Part shown: positions 6,957 to 11,686 of the stretch, one piece after another | Layout: every line of letters starts with the position of its first letter | Numbering within the stretch: the first letter of the stretch is position 1 | NCBI GenBank assembly: GCA_046754105.1 | Contig: JBHHVD010000093.1 | Span: 1 to 11,686 of the forward strand | DNA: 11,686 nt | Direction: 5' to 3' | Source: Candidatus Krumholzibacteriia bacterium | Lineage (GTDB): Bacteria; Krumholzibacteriota; Krumholzibacteriia; WVZY01 | Notes under the pieces: generated by a model | The model's database searches: none | What the model was told of the DNA's origin: nothing | What the model saw: the letters and a program-made list of their open reading frames with translations, nothing else | Position numbers and translations under genes: made by a program

Positions 6957-7853
6957 TTGGCGCAAGGAGCGGCGCAAGCGGGCAGAGGGAGGGCCGCGGT
7001 CTGGGGCGGCTTCCTGTTTCTGACCCTGGTGTGGGGCGCGTCGTTTCTCTGGATCAAGATCGCGGTCGAGGACGTGGGCCCCTACGTTCTCGTGGCCCTG
7101 CGGCTGGTGCTCGGGCTCGCCGGGCTTACCGCCATCCTGGCCATCCAGAGGCCGCGGCTGCCCCGCGACCGGCGAACGTGGCTGGCACTCGCCATCCTCG
7201 GCGTGACGAACACCTCCCTGCCGTGGTTCTTGATCTCCTGGGCCGAGCAGTCGATCGATTCCGCGCTGGCAACCGTGCTCAACGGCACCGTCCCGCTCAT
7301 GACCATCGTGCTCGCACACGTCATGCTGCGGGACGACCGCATGACCATCCCGCGCATTCTGGGCTTGCTGATCGGATTTACGGGTGTGACGGTACTTGCC
7401 CGCCGGGGCGCAGACGGCAATGCGGCGGGTAGCCTCATGGGCCAGGGTGGAATGTTGCTGGCGGCGGCTCTGTACGCGTTCAGCGCCGTGTACGCGCGCC
7501 GCTCGCTCCGGCACGTCACACCCCTCGTGCAGGCGTTCTACTCCATGCTGATCGCCACGGCGATCATGTGGGCGGCGCTGCCGCTGTTCGGCGTCGAACT
7601 GGTGATGCCGTCGCGGCCCGTGGTGTGGGTCGCCCTCGTGTGGCTCGGGGTTTTCGGAGCCGGTATCGCGTCGTGGATTCTCTATTATCTGCTGCACGCG
7701 GTCGGGCCGACGCGGACCAGCCTGGTCACCTACATGATTCCGGTTGTCGGAGTCACCCTGGGTGTGGTTGTGTTGAAAGAGCTCCTGGATTTCCACCTGG
7801 TTGCGGGCACGATCTTGATCGTTTCGGGGGTGTGGGTGGTCACCCGGCGTTGA
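6957..7853 (+). CDS. EamA/DMT-family (drug/metabolite) transporter, 298 aa
   Basis: TTG start with GGAGG at 6945-6949. About 10 hydrophobic segments in two repeats. Motifs LVWGASFLWIK, EQSIDSALATVLNGTVP and VGPTRTSLVTYMIPVVGVTLGVVVLKE. Confidence 0.92.
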   Translation: MAQGAAQAGRGRAAVWGGFLFLTLVWGASFLWIKIAVEDVGPYVLVALRLVLGLAGLTAILAIQRPRLPRDRRTWLALAILGVTNTSLPWFLISWAEQSIDSALATVLNGTVPLMTIVLAHVMLRDDRMTIPRILGLLIGFTGVTVLARRGADGNAAGSLMGQGGMLLAAALYAFSAVYARRSLRHVTPLVQAFYSMLIATAIMWAALPLFGVELVMPSRPVVWVALVWLGVFGAGIASWILYYLLHAVGPTRTSLVTYMIPVVGVTLGVVVLKELLDFHLVAGTILIVSGVWVVTRR

Positions 7854-7919
7854 GCCGTGTTGGAAGGATTGGCGCGCCAAACGACCGGGCTCGTGAATCG
7901 AAAAGAAAAGGAGGTGCGC

Positions 7920-8576
7920 ATGGCGAACAGGTCAATTCCCATAGGAGAATCGCTTCGTTTCGGGTGGGAGACGTTCAGGGCCAACGCCTTTTTTCTCGTC
8001 GGCGTCTTTGTCGCCATATCGGCCGTCAACGGTATCCTGGAGTACATAGCCGAGCGGGACACCGTCGCAAACCCCCTGGCGGAATTCCTGTTCACGATCG
8101 CCGTCGTCGCCGTCAAGTTTCTGCTGGAGATCGGCGTCATCGTCATCGCCCTCAAGTTCGTGGACGGGAAGCGTCCCGAGTTCGGAGACCTCTTCAACCG
8201 GGTGCACCTGTTGCTCAATTATACGGGCGCCGCCCTCCTGTATTTCTTGATGATCATAGTGGGGTTGGTCTTCTTCGTGTTTCCCGGTATCTACCTGGCC
8301 GTGCGGTTTTATTTCTTCGGATACTTCGTAGTCGACCGGGGGGCAACCCCGATCGACGCGCTCAAGATGAGCTCGGACCTGACGGAAGGCATTCGTATGG
8401 AGCTGTTCACCTTCGGACTCCTCGTGCTGATGTTGCTGATCGCGGGTCTGTGCGCGTTCCTCGTCGGGGTGTTCGTCGCGCTGCCCGTGACGTCGCTGGC
8501 GATGGGATTCGTATTTCGATACCTGCAGTCGCCGCCGCCGGGGCGTGAGACCGAGGTGTTGACACGGGCGGCTTGA
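7920..8576 (+). CDS. Integral membrane protein of unknown function (resembles DUF975/YciC-like multi-pass proteins, about 218 aa)
   Basis: ATG 7920 with AAGGAGG at 7908-7914. About 4-5 hydrophobic segments. Pattern GESLRFGWETF...GLVFFVFPGIYLAVRFYF..YFVVD....IDALKMSSDLTEG. The family name is tentative. Confidence 0.75.
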   Translation: MANRSIPIGESLRFGWETFRANAFFLVGVFVAISAVNGILEYIAERDTVANPLAEFLFTIAVVAVKFLLEIGVIVIALKFVDGKRPEFGDLFNRVHLLLNYTGAALLYFLMIIVGLVFFVFPGIYLAVRFYFFGYFVVDRGATPIDALKMSSDLTEGIRMELFTFGLLVLMLLIAGLCAFLVGVFVALPVTSLAMGFVFRYLQSPPPGRETEVLTRAA

Positions 8577-8627
8577 GGTGTGGCACGGCGGATGCCGTTA
8601 TCCGGCAGCGAGGCTTCCAGCGGAGGC

Positions 8628-8668
8628 AAAAAAAAGCGACGCCGGGTTCCGGGGGAACCAGGCGCCGC
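8628..8668 (-). terminator. Rho-independent terminator downstream of the TM2-domain gene
   Basis: Minus-strand RNA reads GCGGCGCC-U-GGUUCC-CCC-GGAACC-C-GGCGUCGC followed by U8 (A-run 8628-8635). It starts 16 nt after the TAA at 8685. Confidence 0.85.
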
Positions 8669-8684
8669 CTCCAGGTCAATACGA

Positions 8685-8897
8685 TTACGTCCACTGCGTA
8701 ATCTTGTTGTTCTCGGCGTCGGTGAACGACCCGACGATGATCATGAAAAAATCGATCAACGCCCACAGGCCGAACCCGCCAAGGGTCAGCAACTGCACGA
8801 TGCCGCTCTTGATCTTGCCCACGTAGAATCGGTGCAAGCCGAACGGACCGGCGAAAAAACAAAGCAGAAACGTGGGGAGAATTTTTTTCTGGCTCAT
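8685..8897 (-). CDS. Small TM2-domain membrane protein, 70 aa
   Basis: Classic TM2 pattern LLCFFAGPFGLHRFYVGK..SGIVQLLTLGGFGLWALIDF...GSFTD. GGAGG SD at 8909-8905, followed by a terminator. Confidence 0.9.
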   Translation of the reverse strand: MSQKKILPTFLLCFFAGPFGLHRFYVGKIKSGIVQLLTLGGFGLWALIDFFMIIVGSFTDAENNKITQWT

Positions 8898-9029
8898 GTG
8901 AATACCTCCACCTGGGATTTAGATGTGGCTATGACAATGCAACTTCACTGACAAGGCGCGCTCCCTGAGATGGCCCATCGTTTCTGATTCAGGTTTCAGA
9001 TGGTCCAAGCCACGCCGCACAGGTAAAAT

Positions 9030-9046
9030 AGCCATTTCTGTGCCAG
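9030..9046 (-). promoter_or_regulatory. Candidate sigma54 (-24/-12) promoter for the TM2 gene
   Basis: Minus strand reads CTGGCACAGAAATGGCT against consensus YTGGCACGNNNNTTGCW, with GG-N10-GC spacing intact. It is intergenic and oriented toward ATG 8897. Confidence 0.5.
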
Positions 9047-9095
9047 AGGTGGCGGCACGGGGTTGTACCCGGCAATTGTTGCCGGCGTCGCCAGG

Positions 9096-10937
9096 CTACT
9101 GGACCGGCTCCTTCGAGGCCAGCCAGTTGGCCACCAGTTGCTCCAGTGTGTCCAGCGGCACCGGACCGTTTTTCAGGACCAGGGTGTGGAACTCCCGGAT
9201 GTCGAAGCGATCGCCGAGCGTTTTCCGGGCCTCGTCACGCATCTCCAGAATCCGGATCATTCCGATCTTGTAGGCCGTCGCCTGCCCCGGTATGACGATG
9301 TAGCGTTCGATGGCCTTCACTGCATCGCCGCGAGGGTTGGGCGTGTTCTTCATCAGATAGTTGATCGCCCGCTGACGGCTCCATCTATTGGCGTGGATCC
9401 CCGTGTCGACCACGAGCCGGCAGGCCCGCCACAACTCCATCGCCAGCCGGCCGAAGTCCGAGTACGGATCCTCATAGAAGCCGATTTCCTTGGGGATGTA
9501 TTCCGAATACAACCCCCAGCCTTCGATGTACGCCGTGTAGGATGCGTAGCGGCGAAAGCTCGGTATATCATCGAGCTCCATCGCCGTCGCCAGTTGCATG
9601 TGGTGCCCGGGAATGCCTTCGTGGAAAGCGAGCGCCTCCATCTGGTAGGTCGGCATATCCGCCATGCGGTAGAGGTTCGCGTAGTAAACGCCCGGACGTT
9701 TGCCATCCGGGGACGGCCTCTGGTAGAACGCTTTGCCCGCCGACTTCGCGCGAAACGGCTCAACCGCTTTGACAATGATGCTCGCCTGCGGCTTGATGAG
9801 AAAGAGGTCATCGAGGCGGTCGCGCATGCGGTCGATAACCTGCACCGCGCCGGCAAGGTACGCCGCGCGCCCGGCATCGGTGTCGTCGTAGTAGAACTGG
9901 CTGTCCTCTCGCATGAATGTAAAAAATTCCTGCAGCGTACCGCCATAACCAACCTTGTGCATGATAGAACGCATCTCTTCGTGGATGCGGCTCACTTCGC
10001 TGATGCCAATGCTGTGAATCTGCCTCGCGGTCAGGTTCGTCGTCGTCATCCTTGCCAGCCGGTTCTTGTAGAACCCGGAACCACCGGGCAACTTCCAGGC
10101 GCCGTCCCGGGTCGTGGAGGTTTTCTCCAACTCGAGGAGATAAGCGATGAGCTTCTCGTAAGCGGGGCGCACGAACATGAGCAACGCTACACCGGCCTGA
10201 TCGATCAATTCCTGTTTCTTCGTCTCCGGTATATCCAGGCGGGCGACTTTGCCCTTGAAATCATCGAGGATCGCGCAGTCTTCCTGGCCTCCACCGAACG
10301 GCGTTCCGGTGATTACGTTTCGCGCGTCGTCGATCACGTACGCAAAAACGAACTTTGGCGGGACGATGCCCTTCACGGCGCGCACTTTGAGGTTTTCGAG
10401 CACCTGCTCGAAGAGCGGCTCGACGTTCTTGAGGCGTTCGATATAGGCCGCCGCGTCCTCGATCGATTCGACGCGATGAAAATTGATAAGGAACGATGGA
10501 ACGACGGACTGCCAGCCCCGCAGCTGGTTGACCGGGTAGTTGTGAAACCGATACTCGAAGTCGGCAACGTCGTGCTCGACGTTCCTGACGAAGAGGTCGT
10601 AGCTGAGCTTCGTCTGTCCGTCGAGCATCTCGTAGCGGATCTTTCTTTCCAGGTCGGCCAGCTGGCGTTTGGAAATGTCGAGGTCCTCCCGCGCGCGCTC
10701 GTCGGAGAGGTCGTCCCATTTGCCGTAGTCGGCCTTGATCCCCAGGCGGGTCTGGAACATGGGGCTGCGCATGACCATCTCGTCGAACGCTTTCTCGAAA
10801 AACGCGTTGGCACGCGCCGACTCGTCGGCGTACGTAGCGGGGGCGTCCGCCTTCGCGGGAGCCTCCCGGCTGTCCGTCGACCGGCAAGCGGCCAGGCAAA
10901 GGACCGGCAGGAACGCGGCAAGCAACAGGACTCTCAT
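9096..10937 (-). CDS. DUF885-family lipoprotein (putative metallopeptidase-like, about 613 aa)
   Basis: Start re-assigned from 11057 to ATG 10937 (AGGAGG at 10949-10944; signal MRVLLLAAFLPVLCLAA-C with lipobox). Family motifs HEGIPGHHMQ, YTAYIEGWGLYSE, LWRACRLVVDTGIH, IERYIVIPGQATAYKIG and FDIREFH..VLKNGPVPL. Confidence 0.9.
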   Translation of the reverse strand: MRVLLLAAFLPVLCLAACRSTDSREAPAKADAPATYADESARANAFFEKAFDEMVMRSPMFQTRLGIKADYGKWDDLSDERAREDLDISKRQLADLERKIRYEMLDGQTKLSYDLFVRNVEHDVADFEYRFHNYPVNQLRGWQSVVPSFLINFHRVESIEDAAAYIERLKNVEPLFEQVLENLKVRAVKGIVPPKFVFAYVIDDARNVITGTPFGGGQEDCAILDDFKGKVARLDIPETKKQELIDQAGVALLMFVRPAYEKLIAYLLELEKTSTTRDGAWKLPGGSGFYKNRLARMTTTNLTARQIHSIGISEVSRIHEEMRSIMHKVGYGGTLQEFFTFMREDSQFYYDDTDAGRAAYLAGAVQVIDRMRDRLDDLFLIKPQASIIVKAVEPFRAKSAGKAFYQRPSPDGKRPGVYYANLYRMADMPTYQMEALAFHEGIPGHHMQLATAMELDDIPSFRRYASYTAYIEGWGLYSEYIPKEIGFYEDPYSDFGRLAMELWRACRLVVDTGIHANRWSRQRAINYLMKNTPNPRGDAVKAIERYIVIPGQATAYKIGMIRILEMRDEARKTLGDRFDIREFHTLVLKNGPVPLDTLEQLVANWLASKEPVQ

Positions 10938-11243
10938 GGGGACCCTCCTGGCCCCGGGTTCATCGGCGGGCGGGCCGTTGCCGTGAGGCCGGCCGGGGGC
11001 CGGCCGCGCCGGGTGTGGGGCAGCGACGTAGCGCATCGAGCCGGCCTCGCCGGACATGGGGCCGGCGTGGCGGATGAATATCCCGGTAACGGGCGTGTAG
11101 TAACGACGAGCGGGCCCGGCGCCCGGCGGGCGCCGTTTTCCGACGCAAACAGGGTATCAGGATGATCCGCCCGGCGTCAAATGGCGCCGGGAAGGGGCCG
11201 CTCCCGCACGGCCGGGACCACCACAGAAAAGACCGAGAAAAAA

Positions 11244-11273
11244 TGCAACCAAAACGGACCCGGACGAGTCTAA
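11244..11273 (+). promoter_or_regulatory. Candidate ECF-sigma-type promoter for the downstream secreted protein
   Basis: TGCAACC (11244-11250), 17 nt, then GTCTAA (11268-11273). This matches the AAC...GTC pattern of many ECF sigma promoters and is preceded by an A-tract. Confidence 0.35.
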
Positions 11274-11461
11274 GAATATGACCGTTCATTATCGACATAA
11301 ATTCGGGGCAGCCGGGACGCTCGACCGGACGCCGTTTTCCGGACCGCCCCACCCGCCGGGGTCAGACAGATCCAACCACAGTCCTGACAACCCCCTGGAC
11401 GGTACCAGCCCATAATAATCGCGCGGCACGATCGCCGGGCTGCCGCAGTCAGGAGAAACCC

Positions 11462-11686
11462 ATGAAGCAGGCGACGGTCAGGGCCCATCTCGGGCACGGA
11501 CACCCGGGGACCATTCTCAAGCTCATCGGCGCCCTTTTGGCGGGAGCGCTCGTTCTGATGCTGGCGGCGGGTGGCGCTGCGGCCACCGAGCCGGACGGCA
11601 CCGCGACGGTCGAAGCCGGGCCGCCGGTGGAGGTGGAAGGCGATGCGGTTGAATGCGTTACCATGGCGATCGACCTCGAGGAGGGC
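11462..11686 (+). CDS. 5' fragment of a secreted protein (runs off the window end)
   Basis: Not in the ORF track because there is no stop in the window. AGGAG SD at 11451-11455 and ATG 11462 open a frame to the end: MKQATVRAHLGHGHPGTILKLIGALLAGALVLMLAAGGAAA-TEPDGTATVEAGPPVEVEGDAVECVTMAIDLEEG. It has a hydrophobic h-region, an AxA cleavage-like site and an acidic mature start. Confidence 0.75.
   Translation, partial: MKQATVRAHLGHGHPGTILKLIGALLAGALVLMLAAGGAAATEPDGTATVEAGPPVEVEGDAVECVTMAIDLEEG

Noticed and set aside
483..8951. Numerous overlapping alternative-frame ORFs (e.g. 483-1169, 1510-2283, 3590-4459, 6656-7432, 6885-7880, 7568-8548, 8580-8951)
   Set aside because: They are Arg/Pro/Ala-rich or motif-free translations overlapping well-supported genes, typical of high-GC artefacts.
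10938..11057. 40-codon N-terminal extension of the DUF885 ORF
   Set aside because: ATG 10937 has an AGGAGG SD and begins a clean lipoprotein signal. The extension is low-complexity Pro/Gly/Ala.
9063..11165. 700-aa plus-strand ORF
   Set aside because: It is the antisense shadow of the DUF885 gene, with no recognisable motifs or SD. Long stop-free antisense frames are expected opposite high-GC coding sequence.
11384..11419. CTGACA...CATAAT as a sigma70 promoter for the 11462 gene
   Set aside because: The spacer is 21 nt, too long for a canonical promoter. A -10-only promoter cannot be excluded.
11140..11460. Fragments resembling c-di-GMP-I (GACGCAAA) and cobalamin (GGGAAGG, AGTCAGGAGA) riboswitches
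   Set aside because: The elements are not in the right order or spacing, and core features such as the GAAA-loop P2 or GCCACTG are missing.
1..11686. CRISPR array, tRNA/rRNA, IS/integrase, prophage or defence genes
   Set aside because: No regularly spaced repeats, cloverleaf, or transposase, integrase or nuclease motifs were seen by eye.

Overview
High-GC bacterial chromosomal window, almost fully coding, with no rRNA, tRNA, CRISPR array or mobile element recognised. Left end (minus strand): an alpha/beta serine hydrolase coupled to a small membrane-anchored hypothetical protein. A compact back-to-back sigma70-like promoter pair (about 1383-1447) separates these from a plus-strand run: dusB-type tRNA-dihydrouridine synthase, larB, larC (nickel-pincer nucleotide cofactor biosynthesis), a LysM+TPR lipoprotein and a fused double ECF-type ABC ATPase. 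An EamA/DMT transporter and an integral membrane protein follow. Converging on these from the minus strand are a DUF885-type lipoprotein and a small TM2-domain protein with an intrinsic terminator and a candidate sigma54 promoter. The window ends in the 5' part of a secreted protein gene with a long, possibly switchable leader. Points worth follow-up: larB/larC without larA/larE in an unusual operon, an ECF ATPase with no membrane partner in the window and one degenerate composite ATP site, a probable non-AUG start for larB, apparently leaderless divergent transcripts, and candidate structured leaders. All family calls come from motif recognition by eye. No searches were run, and I cannot claim a new system on this evidence alone.
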